Shown here piece by piece: positions 1-10,224 of a DNA stretch of 64,000 bases. Numbering within the stretch: position 1 is the stretch's first letter; each line of letters starts with the position of its first letter. Both the position numbers and the translations under genes were made by a program. The DNA comes from Acidimicrobiia bacterium (lineage in GTDB: Bacteria > Actinomycetota > Acidimicrobiia > Spongiisociales > UBA5794), in assembly GCA_041605955.1 (NCBI GenBank), contig JBFIXI010000010.1, positions 12,653 through 76,652 of the forward strand, given 5' to 3'. The notes beneath the pieces were generated by a model. It was not told the DNA's origin, searched no databases, and saw only the letters and a list, made by a program, of their open reading frames with translations.

Positions 1-25
1 GGCAGCTCGGCGACGGGCCTGGCCG

Positions 26-502
26 TCACGGCGTGTCGCCCTGCGGCCAGAGGTTGCGACGGCGCGCCTCGTCGATCAGCGCATCGTCGGCATACAGCAT
101 CAGCCCGGGTTGCCACGGCATCTCGCCGGCTTGCGGTCCGCCGTCGGCCAAGAGCTCGGCCACGCCGTCGCGCAGCGTCCGCGCCCACGCCCGGCCGCTC
201 GCCTCTTGGTGCTTCGTCAGCGTGGCGTCTCCATTGGTGACGTAGACCGCCGCCAAGGCATGCGGGTTGGCTCGAGAGCCGCGCTCGCCGTACACGAGAA
301 CCACGGCGCCGACCGGCACATCCTGGATGCCCCCAACCGAGATGAAATCACCTTCGAAGGCCCAGCCAGACGACTTCTGAGGATCGACGTTGTGGACCAC
401 CTTCGCCCAGTTCTTACGCCGCTCGTCGCCGAGCACCGGAATCTCTACAGCAACCAGAACCGGGGCGAGCGCGCCAATATCGCTCTGCTCAGCCCTGGTC
501 AT
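26..502 (-). CDS. hypothetical protein (158 aa), no recognisable family
   Basis: Intact ORF with GC3-rich codon usage typical of the window; no motif recognised. Confidence 0.35.
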   Translation of the reverse strand: MTRAEQSDIGALAPVLVAVEIPVLGDERRKNWAKVVHNVDPQKSSGWAFEGDFISVGGIQDVPVGAVVLVYGERGSRANPHALAAVYVTNGDATLTKHQEASGRAWARTLRDGVAELLADGGPQAGEMPWQPGLMLYADDALIDEARRRNLWPQGDTP

Positions 503-544
503 GGCGGCAAGCTATCAGACCGAGCACACGAATCCCAGGCATGT

Positions 545-2014
545 CTAATCGGACGCGTGGCGCTCCAGGAACTCGAAGACCTCGACCATGTCGACTCCGG
601 GGATGGTCTCGACCGGCATCGCCGCCAACAGGTGGCTGTTGGGACGCACTGCCGGCCAGGAAAAGCCCTGCCAGCGCTCGACGAGGGCCGCAGGAGGTCG
701 CAAGCAGCAGTCTCCGTCGGGGCACGCCGACACGCCGTGCCGGTCGGTGTCTCGGCCCCGGAAGAACTGGGCGTCGTCGAAGCGAGCACCGACGGTGATC
801 GCCGTCATGCGATCGGCGTCAATGTGAGTGCCACACCAGTACGTCCCCGACGGCGTGTCCGTGTACTGGTAGTGCATCGAGAACTTGTCCTCGGAGTGGA
901 AGGCCTGCCGGGCGGCCCATTCGCGACAGAGTCGCTGGCCCTCGATGGCACCAACCGAGTTCTGGGGCAACGGCAGGCCGTTGTTCTCGTAGGCCTTCCA
1001 GATGGTGCCCAATTCGTCGGATCGTATGAAGTGGACCAGCAGCCCCAGGTGCTCGGTGGCGAGGTTGGTGAAACGGTGCGCAGCCATCTCGTACGAGACG
1101 TAGAAGGCGTCACGCAGGTCCTCGATAGCGAGATCGCGCTCCTTCTTGGCGGCCAGCAGGAAATCGACTGCCACCGCCTCCGGTACCAAGACTGCGCCGG
1201 CGAAGTAGTTGGCCTCCACTTGCTGGCGCAGGAACTCGGTGAACGTCACCGGATCGCGATGGTCCAGGGCGAACCTCCCCAGGGTCTGCAGCACGACGGA
1301 ACGCGCCCCACGGGTGGACAGCAGATCCCGCTGCGGCACGTAGATGAGGCGGTTGCGCAGGTCGGTCACCGATCGAACCGCTGGCGGCACGTCCTGCGCC
1401 CGGACCAGCCCGAAGCCGAAATGCCCGGCCAGGTTCTGGATGTCGCGCTCGGTCAGGGAACCGGCACCTGCATAGTCGATCGCCCCCAGTGCCTTGGCCG
1501 CCACCTGCTCGACCTCAGCGAAGTAGTTACCCCCGGCTCGCATCTCGGCGCGCAGCTCGGAGTTGGCGATGCGTGCCTCTTCGCGGGTGACGATCGTGGG
1601 CCCGGGCGACCCCTTCACCTCGTCGAAGAGAGCCAATAGATGCTCCAAGACCAAATCGGGAACCTTCGCCGAGGCTTTCAGATGCGGCAGACCTAGGGCG
1701 GCGTACGCAGGATGTCCCTGGGCCCGTTCGAGACGTACCTCGAGATCGGCCCGCTTGGTTGGCGCTTCGGAGATGAGCAGGTCGGCGGCGCTGACGCCGA
1801 GGGCAGCCGCCACGTCGTTGATCAGCCCGATCCGGGGCTCGCGCTTGCCGTTCTCCACCAGCGACAGATAGGGCGCCGGCCGGTTGACGCGTTCGCCGAG
1901 CTGGTCGAGCGTCAGGCCGCTGCGGCGTCGAAAGTGTCTGATGCGCTGGCCTAAGACCAGCGGATCTACGTTGCCCGTTGTCACACAAACATCACAATCT
2001 CTCTGCTGGAGCAT
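545..2014 (-). CDS. XRE-family HTH transcriptional regulator with C-terminal IrrE/DUF2083-like domain (RamB / short-chain fatty acyl-CoA regulator family)
   Basis: N-terminal helix-turn-helix segment (LGQRIRHFRRRSGLTLDQLGERV) followed by a long conserved regulator domain; divergent from malate synthase and isocitrate lyase, as ramB is in Corynebacterium and Mycobacterium. True start is possibly a downstream GTG. Confidence 0.65.
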   Translation of the reverse strand: MLQQRDCDVCVTTGNVDPLVLGQRIRHFRRRSGLTLDQLGERVNRPAPYLSLVENGKREPRIGLINDVAAALGVSAADLLISEAPTKRADLEVRLERAQGHPAYAALGLPHLKASAKVPDLVLEHLLALFDEVKGSPGPTIVTREEARIANSELRAEMRAGGNYFAEVEQVAAKALGAIDYAGAGSLTERDIQNLAGHFGFGLVRAQDVPPAVRSVTDLRNRLIYVPQRDLLSTRGARSVVLQTLGRFALDHRDPVTFTEFLRQQVEANYFAGAVLVPEAVAVDFLLAAKKERDLAIEDLRDAFYVSYEMAAHRFTNLATEHLGLLVHFIRSDELGTIWKAYENNGLPLPQNSVGAIEGQRLCREWAARQAFHSEDKFSMHYQYTDTPSGTYWCGTHIDADRMTAITVGARFDDAQFFRGRDTDRHGVSACPDGDCCLRPPAALVERWQGFSWPAVRPNSHLLAAMPVETIPGVDMVEVFEFLERHASD

Positions 2015-2112
2015 AAGATCGTGCGTTCTTTAAGGCAAGACCGGTTGCAGGAGGGGGCCCTCTCGGGAAGGCTGTGTCTAGCGTGGGGAGTGGGCGTTCG
2101 AAAGGGACTCGT

Positions 2113-3720
2113 ATGGGCCGGATCGTCAGCGAAACACCAGACGAGCTGCGCGCCGCCGTCGACCTCATCCTGACCCCCGAGGCACTCGAGTTCGTCACCG
2201 AGCTGCATCGCCGGTTCAACCACACCCGCCAGGACCTGCTGCACCGCCGCCAAGCACGCCAAATCGCGATCGATGCCGGCGAGATGCCGGACTTCTTGGC
2301 AGAAACCGAGGACGTGCGGAACGGCGACTGGACAGTGGCCTCCTGTCCGGCCGACCTCGCCGACCGCAAGGTCGAGATCACCGGTCCAGTCGACCGCAAG
2401 ATGATCATCAATGCTCTCAACAGCGGGGCGCGGGTCTTCATGGCCGACTTCGAGGATGCCTCCTCGCCGACTTGGGCCAACATCGTGCAGGGCCAGGCGA
2501 ACCTGTTCGACGCCATCCGCCGCCAGATCGACTTCACCTCACCGGAGGGCAAGGACTACCGCCTCGGCGACACCGTGGCCACGCTCATGGTTCGCCCCCG
2601 CGGTTGGCACCTCGTCGACACCAACCTCGAGGTCGACGGCGAGCCGGTCTCCGGCTCCCTCCTCGACTTCGGCCTCTATTTCTTCCACAATGCCGCCGAG
2701 CTCATCGACCGCGGCAGCGGGCCGTACTTCTACCTACCCAAACTCGAGAGCCATCTCGAGGCCCGACTCTGGAACGACGTTTTCGTGTTCTCCCAGGAGC
2801 AGCTGGGGATTCCGGCGGGGACGATCCGCGCCACGGTCCTCATCGAGACCATCCTGGCTGCTTTCGAGATGGACGAGATCCTCTATGAGCTGCGGGACCA
2901 CAGTGCCGGCCTCAACGCAGGGCGCTGGGACTACATCTTCTCGATAATCAAGAAGTTCCGTAACTACTCCGAGAAGGTGCTGCCCGACCGCAGTGCCGTA
3001 ACGATGACCGTTCCGTTCATGGGGGCATACACCGACCTGCTCGTGAAGACGTGCCATCGGCGCGGCGCTCACGCTATGGGTGGCATGGCCGCCTTCATCC
3101 CCAATCGGCGCGATCCTGAGGTCACCGAGCACGCCCTCGCCCAGGTCCGGGCCGACAAGGAGCGGGAGGCCGCCATCGGCCATGACGGAACGTGGGTCGC
3201 CCATCCCGACCTCGTTCCACTGGCGCTGGAGGTGTTCACCGCCGCCATCGGCGATGCGCCCAACCAGATCGAACGGCAGCGACCCGACGTAGCCGTGACC
3301 GCGGCCGACCTGCTGGACACGACCGTGGATGGAGCGGCCATCACCGCGGCGGGAGTGCGTCAGAACGTCGACGTCGGGATTCAGTACCTGGCTTCGTGGC
3401 TGAGCGGCAACGGCGCCGCCGCCATCTACAACCTGATGGAAGACGCCGCAACCGCTGAGATCTCTCGATCCCAAATCTGGCAGTGGGCCCACGTCGGAGC
3501 CGCCACGGATTCGGGAGTCAAGGTCGACCGCGAGATGATCACCCAGATCGCCGATGCGGAGCTGGACCGGATTCGAAGCGAGCTCGGCGAGACGCAGTAC
3601 GCCGCCGGCAACTACGAACGGGCCAGGGACCTGTTCGAGACCGTGGCACTCAGCGACGAGTTCTGGGAGTTCTTGACCCTGCCCGGCTACGAGATGCTCT
3701 CCACCGAGACGACCCAATGA
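2113..3720 (+). CDS. aceB: malate synthase A
   Basis: About 535 aa with the typical malate synthase A N-terminus ([15 protein letters not shown]) and overall length/architecture; ATG 2113 is preceded by an AAAGGGA RBS; 5' end trimmed relative to the six-frame ORF. Confidence 0.9.
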   Translation: MGRIVSETPDELRAAVDLILTPEALEFVTELHRRFNHTRQDLLHRRQARQIAIDAGEMPDFLAETEDVRNGDWTVASCPADLADRKVEITGPVDRKMIINALNSGARVFMADFEDASSPTWANIVQGQANLFDAIRRQIDFTSPEGKDYRLGDTVATLMVRPRGWHLVDTNLEVDGEPVSGSLLDFGLYFFHNAAELIDRGSGPYFYLPKLESHLEARLWNDVFVFSQEQLGIPAGTIRATVLIETILAAFEMDEILYELRDHSAGLNAGRWDYIFSIIKKFRNYSEKVLPDRSAVTMTVPFMGAYTDLLVKTCHRRGAHAMGGMAAFIPNRRDPEVTEHALAQVRADKEREAAIGHDGTWVAHPDLVPLALEVFTAAIGDAPNQIERQRPDVAVTAADLLDTTVDGAAITAAGVRQNVDVGIQYLASWLSGNGAAAIYNLMEDAATAEISRSQIWQWAHVGAATDSGVKVDREMITQIADAELDRIRSELGETQYAAGNYERARDLFETVALSDEFWEFLTLPGYEMLSTETTQ

Positions 3721-3742
3721 CAGCCATCGAGACCAATGAGAC

Positions 3743-3790
3743 CAACCAGTTCAGGCAACCAGTTCAGGCAACCAGTTCAGCCAATCAGTC
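3743..3790. repeat. 13-nt tandem repeat CAACCAGTTCAGG, about 3.5 copies, in the aceB-aceA spacer
   Basis: Direct reading: caaccagttcagg caaccagttcagg caaccagttcagc caatcag. Confidence 0.8.
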
Positions 3791-3826
3791 AGAAGCGCGC
3801 GCATTACTCGCAACGGGGGTAATTGA

Positions 3827-5113
3827 ATGACAACCGAGCAAATGATGAAAGAGCGGATCGCAGCCATTCAGGCCGACTGGGACAACAACCCCCGGTGGGC
3901 CGGCGTCGAGCGTGCTTATTCGGCCGAGGACGTCGTGCGGCTTCAGGGATCCGTTCGCATCGAGCACTCCCTGGCGCGCCGGGGTGCCGAGAAGCTCTGG
4001 CAGTTGCTGCACTCCGAAGACTACGTACCGGCCCTGGGGGCAATGACGGGCGGCCAGGCCGTGCAGATGGTCAAAGCGGGCCTGAAGGCGATCTACCTCT
4101 CGGGCTGGCAGGTGGCGGGTGACGCCAACCTGGCCGAGCAGGTCTATCCCGATCAGTCGCTCTATCCGGCCAACTCCGGGCCCGCCCTAGTGCGGCGCAT
4201 CAACAACGCACTCGTCCGGGCCGATCAGATCGAGTTCGGTGAGGGCACCTTGCACCGCGACTGGTTGGTGCCGATCGTGGCCGATGCCGAGGCCGGTTTC
4301 GGGGGCGCGCTCAACTCGTTCGAGCTGACCAAGGGTTTCATCGCCGCCGGCACCGCCGGCGTCCATTTCGAAGATCAGCTGGCTGCTGAGAAGAAGTGCG
4401 GGCACATGGGCGGCAAGGTCCTCGTTCCGACCTCACAGCACGTTCGGACGTTGACGGCGGCGCGCCTGGCCGCCGATGTCATGGGCGTGCCCACCCTCGT
4501 CGTCGCCCGCACCGACTCCCTCGGCGCCAACTTGATGACCAGCGACGTCGACGAGCGCGACCAGCAGTTCATGAGCGGCGAGCGCAGCCCGGAAGGCTTC
4601 TATTACGTGAACAACGGCATGGATGCGGCCATCTCCAGAGGCTTGGCCTACGCACCGTATGCCGACCTGATCTGGTGCGAGACCAGCACACCCGATCTGG
4701 ACGATGCTGCCAAGTTCGCTGAAGCGATCCACGCCGAGTATCCGGATCAGCTGCTCGCATACAACTGCTCGCCGTCCTTCAACTGGCGCAAGCATCTCGA
4801 CGACCCGACGATCGCCACGTTCCAGAAGGAGCTCGGCGCCATGGGTTACCGCTTCCAGTTCATCACGCTGGCTGGGTTCCACGCGCTCAACGCCACGATG
4901 TTCGAGCTGGCGGATGGTTACGCCACTCGGGGTATGAGCGCGTACGTCGAGTTGCAGACCGAGGAGTTCGCGATGGAAGCGCGCGGCTACACCGCCACCC
5001 GCCATCAGCGTGAGGTCGGCGCCGGCTACTTCGACGATGTGGCCACCGTCATCAGCGGCGGACTCGCCTCCACCCTGGCGCTCGAAGGCTCCACCGAGGA
5101 AGAGCAGTTCTAA
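3827..5113 (+). CDS. aceA: isocitrate lyase
   Basis: 428 aa with the catalytic KKCGHMGGK motif ([14 protein letters not shown]) and typical ICL N-terminus; RBS GGGGGT upstream. Confidence 0.93.
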   Translation: MTTEQMMKERIAAIQADWDNNPRWAGVERAYSAEDVVRLQGSVRIEHSLARRGAEKLWQLLHSEDYVPALGAMTGGQAVQMVKAGLKAIYLSGWQVAGDANLAEQVYPDQSLYPANSGPALVRRINNALVRADQIEFGEGTLHRDWLVPIVADAEAGFGGALNSFELTKGFIAAGTAGVHFEDQLAAEKKCGHMGGKVLVPTSQHVRTLTAARLAADVMGVPTLVVARTDSLGANLMTSDVDERDQQFMSGERSPEGFYYVNNGMDAAISRGLAYAPYADLIWCETSTPDLDDAAKFAEAIHAEYPDQLLAYNCSPSFNWRKHLDDPTIATFQKELGAMGYRFQFITLAGFHALNATMFELADGYATRGMSAYVELQTEEFAMEARGYTATRHQREVGAGYFDDVATVISGGLASTLALEGSTEEEQF

Positions 5114-5122
5114 CGTCCTGCG

Positions 5123-5971
5123 GTGGACGTTGCGCCATTCGCTGACGAGTACGCCGCAGTAGCACCGCTGCTCGCAACGACACCTGAGTCGTTGCGAGCG
5201 CGCGATCAGGCCCGGCCGCAACCCGTGATGCGCTGGGTGGCTCGTCAAGCAGGCGAAGTCGTCGGGGTGGCAACCGCGACGCACCGGCCCGACAGCCGCC
5301 AGTTCGTGGCATTTGCCCGCTCGGCGCCGTCATCGTTGGCGGCGCTGGCGGGGGCGGCGGCCGCCAAGCTGCCGAGTGCCCGCATCCATACGATGGTCGC
5401 CGCCAACGACGCAGAGACGGTGAGAGCATTGCGCGCCGCCGGGTTCGATGTCGAAGTGGTCGTCGAGCGGTTCCGCATAGCCTTCGCCAGGGCGCTGGCC
5501 GCCCTCAGGCGTGCTTGGGTGCCGGAGGGATTTCACCTTGCCCACGTCGACGAGGTGGACGAGGCGCAGGCCCTGGAGCTGGACAACTTGCTCCGTCGAG
5601 ATGTTCCCGGCACCGATGGGTGGCAGGGGACGTTGCGGATGTGGCGTGACGAGCTGAGTGAATCGCCCCCGTTCGACCGCTCTGGATACTTGGTGGCGGT
5701 CGAACGTGTCTCCGGCGAGCCTGCGGGCTTGATTCGGTTCTGGCGTAACCCAGAAGGCCCCCGATTGGGGCTACTCGGCGTGACCCGGCGCCACCGCGGC
5801 GGCCCGCTGGCCGCTGGGCTCCTCAAATCCGGCCTGCAGGCGGCGGCCGACTGGGGACACGAGACCTTCGTAACCGAGACCAGCCCGAGCAACCGCGTCC
5901 CCTATAACGCAATGGCCCGGGTCGGAGCTCAATCGCAGGGACGGCTCCTCCAGCTCGTGCGCCCCGGCTGA
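5123..5971 (+). CDS. GNAT-family N-acetyltransferase, probably two-domain (MshD-like architecture)
   Basis: C-terminal acetyl-CoA motif (R/Q)xxGx(G/A) in LGVTRRHRGGPLAAG; an N-terminal half with a second GNAT-like fold; 282 aa. Confidence 0.5.
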   Translation: MDVAPFADEYAAVAPLLATTPESLRARDQARPQPVMRWVARQAGEVVGVATATHRPDSRQFVAFARSAPSSLAALAGAAAAKLPSARIHTMVAANDAETVRALRAAGFDVEVVVERFRIAFARALAALRRAWVPEGFHLAHVDEVDEAQALELDNLLRRDVPGTDGWQGTLRMWRDELSESPPFDRSGYLVAVERVSGEPAGLIRFWRNPEGPRLGLLGVTRRHRGGPLAAGLLKSGLQAAADWGHETFVTETSPSNRVPYNAMARVGAQSQGRLLQLVRPG

Positions 5972-6097
5972 CAGTTGGCAAAGGGTTCGGCCCCATTGGC
6001 GAAGTCTGCGGTGGCGAAGTCTGGTGCCGAGCTTTGCAGTGGCGAGGTTTGGGGGCCACTGCCATCGGGTATGTAATTCACGCCGGATCACTGCACC

Positions 6098-6574
6098 ATG
6101 CCAGAGCACACTCCACCCACGGCTGAGAGCGACGACGTCGACGATGCGTTCCGCTCGCTGCTCGAGGGATTGCGCACGTCGCTACCGGGCGTTCAGGTCT
6201 TGTTTGCGTTCCTGCTGGCTCTGCCCCTGCAGGCCTCCTTCGACGACCTGGGCAGCGCCGGCAAGACCTCCTACTTGGTCGCCTTCGTCGCGTCGGCCCT
6301 GGCCTCGGTATTGCTCATTGCCCCCAGTGCGCACCAGCGGGTTCGGGCTCCTCGCTCAGGCGTTCATCGCCGGTCACGGCGCCATCTGGCCTTTGCGGTG
6401 CGATTGACGATCGCCGGTACGGTATGTCTCGCCGTGGCGTTGGCGGCGTCGGTCTTTCTGGTCGCCGGGGCGCTGCTGCCGCCGGGTGTCGCCGCGCTCA
6501 GCGCCCTGGTGATCGCCGGTTTGGCCGCCTGGTCCTGGTTCTACGTCCCCATCGTCACGTTTCGCCGCATCTAG
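6098..6574 (+). CDS. hypothetical integral membrane protein
   Basis: Three to four hydrophobic helices after an acidic N-terminus; a small 14-nt tandem repeat (TAGGCCGCCGCATG x about 2.6) at its 3' end, 6565-6605. Confidence 0.45.
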   Translation: MPEHTPPTAESDDVDDAFRSLLEGLRTSLPGVQVLFAFLLALPLQASFDDLGSAGKTSYLVAFVASALASVLLIAPSAHQRVRAPRSGVHRRSRRHLAFAVRLTIAGTVCLAVALAASVFLVAGALLPPGVAALSALVIAGLAAWSWFYVPIVTFRRI

Positions 6575-6690
6575 GCCGCCGCATGTAGGCCGCCGCATGT
6601 GCTGTCGAGGGTTTCGCCGGATGCCGTATGGGTACACCTCCTCGACAGGGGTGATTGCCACACCCCGCTGCCAGCGACCCAGGAGAGCAC

Positions 6691-7152
6691 GTGTTGAACG
6701 AATTCCGCGAATTTGCGATCAAAGGCAACGTGGTCGACATGGCGGTGGGCATCATCATCGGCGCCGCCTTCACCGCCGTCGTGAACTCACTCGTCGGCGA
6801 CGTCCTCACGCCCGTGATCGGCAGGCTGACCGGTGATCTCGATTTCTCCGACCGCTTCGTGGTTCTCGACGCAGGGAGTCCGCCGGGACCCTATGAGACT
6901 TTGGCAGCGGCCGAATCGGCCGGGGCCAACGTTCTGGCCTATGGACGTCTGGTCAACGAGGTGGTGGGCTTCGTCATCGTGGCGTTTGCGCTCTTCGTGC
7001 TGATTCGATGGATCAATCGGCTGCGGCGCAGCGACACTCCGGCCGCACCCACCACCAAGAGCTGCCCCTATTGCATGTCTTCCATCGATGTCGACGCCAG
7101 CAAGTGCCCGCAGTGCACATCAGAGCTGGCCTCGGCACCGGCCGGTACTTGA
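6691..7152 (+). CDS. mscL: large-conductance mechanosensitive channel MscL with C-terminal CxxC...CxxC extension
   Basis: VLNEFREFAIKGNVVDMAVGIIIGAAF is the canonical MscL N-terminus/TM1; GTG 6691 preceded by an AGGAGAG RBS; C-terminal tail KSCPYCMSSIDVDASKCPQCTSEL. Confidence 0.85.
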   Translation: MLNEFREFAIKGNVVDMAVGIIIGAAFTAVVNSLVGDVLTPVIGRLTGDLDFSDRFVVLDAGSPPGPYETLAAAESAGANVLAYGRLVNEVVGFVIVAFALFVLIRWINRLRRSDTPAAPTTKSCPYCMSSIDVDASKCPQCTSELASAPAGT

Positions 7153-7197
7153 CCTCGATGCGGCCTCGGCACCGGCTGGGACTTGACCTCGATGCGG
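7130..7197. repeat. 34-nt tandem duplication spanning the mscL 3' end
   Basis: cctcggcaccggccggtacttgacctcgatgcgg and cctcggcaccggctgggacttgacctcgatgcgg, 3 mismatches. Confidence 0.75.
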
Positions 7198-7218
7198 CCG
7201 CGACAGCCGCCGCGCCGG

Positions 7219-7971
7219 CTACCCGTCCAGACGTCGCGGTAGGGCGGCAGTGTGTCCGTTCGCAATGGAGAGGTGGCGGTCGTGCTGGCGGCGCAGCTGC
7301 GCGAGTTGCAGGGGTGTGATCGGCTGGCACACGTAGTCCCAATGCAGCGCCACCACATCGCCCGGACCGACGGGCGGTGCCGGGTCGACCGGTCGCCGGA
7401 CCAATTCGATCTGCGGCCCTCCCAAGTAGAGCCGCCGGCCGTCCCACTGGAGCGGTCTCCCCTCGACGAGGAGCCGGTCGTCCACTCCACCTACGACGCG
7501 CCCCCACCGAATGCGGCATCGGTCGAGCACGAGCCGCGCTTGGTCGACGGCACCAGTGCGTAACAGACCCACCCATGGGTAGGCGCAGAAGACATGGAAG
7601 GCGTGATTGGGGACACCGCCGAGATTGACGGCAGCTTCGATGCGGTCCCACTCCAAGCCGGCGCGGGCACGGAACCGTTCATCGAGCGAGTTGCCCCATG
7701 TCAGCAGATCGATCCCCTCGACGAGGGCGTTTCCGATCCAGTAGGCCTCGACCACGGCCGGGTCGAGGGGATCACGGCCGGTGCAGTTGCCGATCAGCGC
7801 GAGATAGGGCCAGGCCCCCGCAAAAGCCGCTATGGCATGGCGGAACTCATCGTCCGGGGCGGCGCCATCGCTCACCAGCTCGCCCAGCAACGCGGTATCG
7901 GCGGGCCCGCAATACCCGAGCGAGTTGGGTGGGTACGCGAACCGGCTGAAGAGAGCCGCCCCGTTAGTCAT
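7219..7971 (-). CDS. conserved hypothetical protein (250 aa)
   Basis: Intact ORF, start overlaps the stop of the upstream DMT transporter gene (operon); no catalytic motif recognised. Confidence 0.4.
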   Translation of the reverse strand: MTNGAALFSRFAYPPNSLGYCGPADTALLGELVSDGAAPDDEFRHAIAAFAGAWPYLALIGNCTGRDPLDPAVVEAYWIGNALVEGIDLLTWGNSLDERFRARAGLEWDRIEAAVNLGGVPNHAFHVFCAYPWVGLLRTGAVDQARLVLDRCRIRWGRVVGGVDDRLLVEGRPLQWDGRRLYLGGPQIELVRRPVDPAPPVGPGDVVALHWDYVCQPITPLQLAQLRRQHDRHLSIANGHTAALPRRLDG

Positions 7972-8936
7972 GGGCCGGCGGTGCGTCCCGGCCGCAGCCA
8001 GGTTGCCACTACTGCCAACGCCACCCCGGCGAGGACGAGTCCCAGGCCGGCCACCGGCGGCGCCGCCAAGCCACGCACCCCCACGTTGAGCAAGGCAGTG
8101 ATCAGCGCCCCGCCGACCAACACCGCAGTGACGTCAACGGCTTGCGCCCGGGCCAGGGCCGCGTACCAGCTGGCCACATAGGCCGCCAGCACGATCCCAG
8201 TGGCGACCACCCACAAGAGATGCAACGTGGTGAGGCCGCTCAACTCCATGAGGGCCCCGCGCAACAGGCCGTAGCCGATCAGCAACGCAACGCCTCCCGC
8301 CATCCGGGCAACCGCCAGCGTCATGGCCGAGACGTCGGCCAACATCCGCTTGGCCACCACCACCTCGATCGACCACAACAGAGTGGCGGAGAGCATCATC
8401 CACTCCCCGGACCCCAGGGTCAGCTCGTTGAGCCCTCCGGCCAGCACCGCTTGCCCCCAGAGCAAGAGGCCGACGGCCGCCACATGGGCCCAGCCGATGC
8501 GCTCCCGCAGGAACACCACGGCCAGCAGCACCACCCAAACCACCAGTGTCTTGTGAATGAAGGCTGCCTGGCTCGAGGTGGCCTGGGAGAAGCCCTCGAA
8601 GAAGAGAGCGAAGGGGATGCTGCCCCCGACAACGGCTACGGCCACGACCCCGGCCCATTGCGCTCCGCCTGCCGGACGGGCCAGCCCTTCGGCCGAGCCG
8701 CGCCTGGTCAAAGCGGCGGCGACGACGACGAGCACGAAAGCCGCTACCAAATTCTTGAACGTGGTGTAGGTGGTGGCATCGGCGACACCCGCCCAGGCGC
8801 GCACCCCGTATCCGTTGACGAAGACGGCGAACCCGCTGATGACGGCGGTAGCCGCCGCCAATGCGACGCCGATGTGCCGCCGGCCTTCATGGCGATGAGA
8901 ACCGGCGGGGTCAACGCGCGATTCTGCGTAGCGCAC
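7968..8936 (-). CDS. DMT/EamA-family transporter
   Basis: About 10 predicted TM helices in two internally repeated halves, typical of the drug/metabolite transporter superfamily. Confidence 0.6.
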   Translation of the reverse strand: MRYAESRVDPAGSHRHEGRRHIGVALAAATAVISGFAVFVNGYGVRAWAGVADATTYTTFKNLVAAFVLVVVAAALTRRGSAEGLARPAGGAQWAGVVAVAVVGGSIPFALFFEGFSQATSSQAAFIHKTLVVWVVLLAVVFLRERIGWAHVAAVGLLLWGQAVLAGGLNELTLGSGEWMMLSATLLWSIEVVVAKRMLADVSAMTLAVARMAGGVALLIGYGLLRGALMELSGLTTLHLLWVVATGIVLAAYVASWYAALARAQAVDVTAVLVGGALITALLNVGVRGLAAPPVAGLGLVLAGVALAVVATWLRPGRTAGP

Positions 8937-9108
8937 GGGAAACCCTTCTGTCGCCGTCCTGCCCCAGATCTAGTGAGTCGCGGCCCAAGCTTGCAGGGCC
9001 GAAAGACTCTCCCGGCTCGACCCAGGTACTGCAGATACTGGCGATGACTCCGGCCCGTCCGGAGCAGTGGCGCCTGCCGTCGACCAGGGAGGACTTGGGA
9101 GGAAGAGG

Positions 9109-10224
9109 ATGAGCACGATCGTCGTCGACCGTGAGGACTTCGGGAGCCTCATCGACGTGCTGCGGGCTCGCGGCTTCACGGTGGTCGGACCGACGGTGCG
9201 CGAGCAGGCGATCGTCTATGCCGCTCTGGACTCGGTTGAAGATCTTCCTGCCGGTTGGACCGACGAGCACTCCGGGGGCGCCTATCGGCTGCAACGCCGC
9301 GACGACGAGGCGCTGTTCGGCTACGTGGTCGGACCCGAGTCCTGGAAGAAGTACTTGTTTCCGCCGCGCTCGACCCTGCTCACTGTCAGGCGAGTCGATG
9401 GCGGATTGGTTTTCGCCGAGCCGGATCCAGCGACCGTGAACTACGCCTTCATCGGGGCGCGCGCCTGTGAGCTGGCAGCGATCGCCATCCAGGACAAGGT
9501 CTTCCTGGATTCCGGCTACATAGACCGCACCTATCAAATGAAGCGGCAGGGGCTGTTCGTCGTTGGCGTCAACTGTGCGATAGCCGGCGGCAACTGCTTC
9601 TGCGTTTCCATGGGCACCGGGCCCGAGTGCACCGACGGATACGACCTCGTCGTGACCGAGATCGTGGACGATCGCCACGAGTTCGTCATCGAGTCCGGCA
9701 GCGAAGCAGGCGAAGAGGTCCTGGCCGCGTTACCGGGCCGTCCGGCCGGGCCCACCGACCACTCCCGCGTGGCGGCCATCGTCGCCGACACCGCAGCTCA
9801 CATGGGCCGCCAGCTCGATACAGCCGGCATAAAGGAGCTGTTGTACGAGAGCCGAGAACATCCCCGGTGGGATGAGGTAGCCGCCCGCTGTCTGGCCTGC
9901 ACCAATTGCACGCTGGTCTGCCCTAGCTGTTTCTGCTCGACGACCGAGGACACGGCCGACCTCGACGGAGCGGCGGCAACTCGCACCCGACGCTGGGATT
10001 CGTGCTTCACGATGGACTTCTCGGCACTCCATGGTGCGCCGGTGCGCCAGTCCACCAGGGCGCGCTACCGGCAGTGGATGACGCACAAACTGGCCAGCTG
10101 GTACGACCAATTCGACACCTCCGGTTGTGTCGGCTGCGGTCGGTGCATCACCTGGTGCCCGGTTGGCATCGATATCACGGAGGAGACGGCCGCAATCCGA
10201 GCCGGATCGGAGGTACCGGCATGA
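9109..10224 (+). CDS. [NiFe] hydrogenase group-3b-type beta subunit (4Fe-4S, AsrA/HydB-like)
   Basis: Multiple Cys clusters ([38 protein letters not shown]); first gene of a beta-gamma-delta-alpha operon; GGGAGGAAGAGG RBS before ATG 9109. Confidence 0.75.
   Translation: MSTIVVDREDFGSLIDVLRARGFTVVGPTVREQAIVYAALDSVEDLPAGWTDEHSGGAYRLQRRDDEALFGYVVGPESWKKYLFPPRSTLLTVRRVDGGLVFAEPDPATVNYAFIGARACELAAIAIQDKVFLDSGYIDRTYQMKRQGLFVVGVNCAIAGGNCFCVSMGTGPECTDGYDLVVTEIVDDRHEFVIESGSEAGEEVLAALPGRPAGPTDHSRVAAIVADTAAHMGRQLDTAGIKELLYESREHPRWDEVAARCLACTNCTLVCPSCFCSTTEDTADLDGAAATRTRRWDSCFTMDFSALHGAPVRQSTRARYRQWMTHKLASWYDQFDTSGCVGCGRCITWCPVGIDITEETAAIRAGSEVPA

Noticed and set aside
110-1639. 509-aa ORF antisense to the RamB-like regulator
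   Set aside because: Overlaps a well-supported gene on the opposite strand; Arg/Gly/Pro-rich low-complexity translation typical of antisense frames in 70% GC DNA
2734-3717. 327-aa ORF antisense to malate synthase; similar long antisense ORFs at 4433-5284, 12557-13393, 21839-23146, 45149-46159, 56007-57113, 57026-57871, 62053-63516
   Set aside because: All lie entirely within strongly supported genes on the other strand or frame and have Arg/Gly/Pro-biased composition; high-GC artefacts
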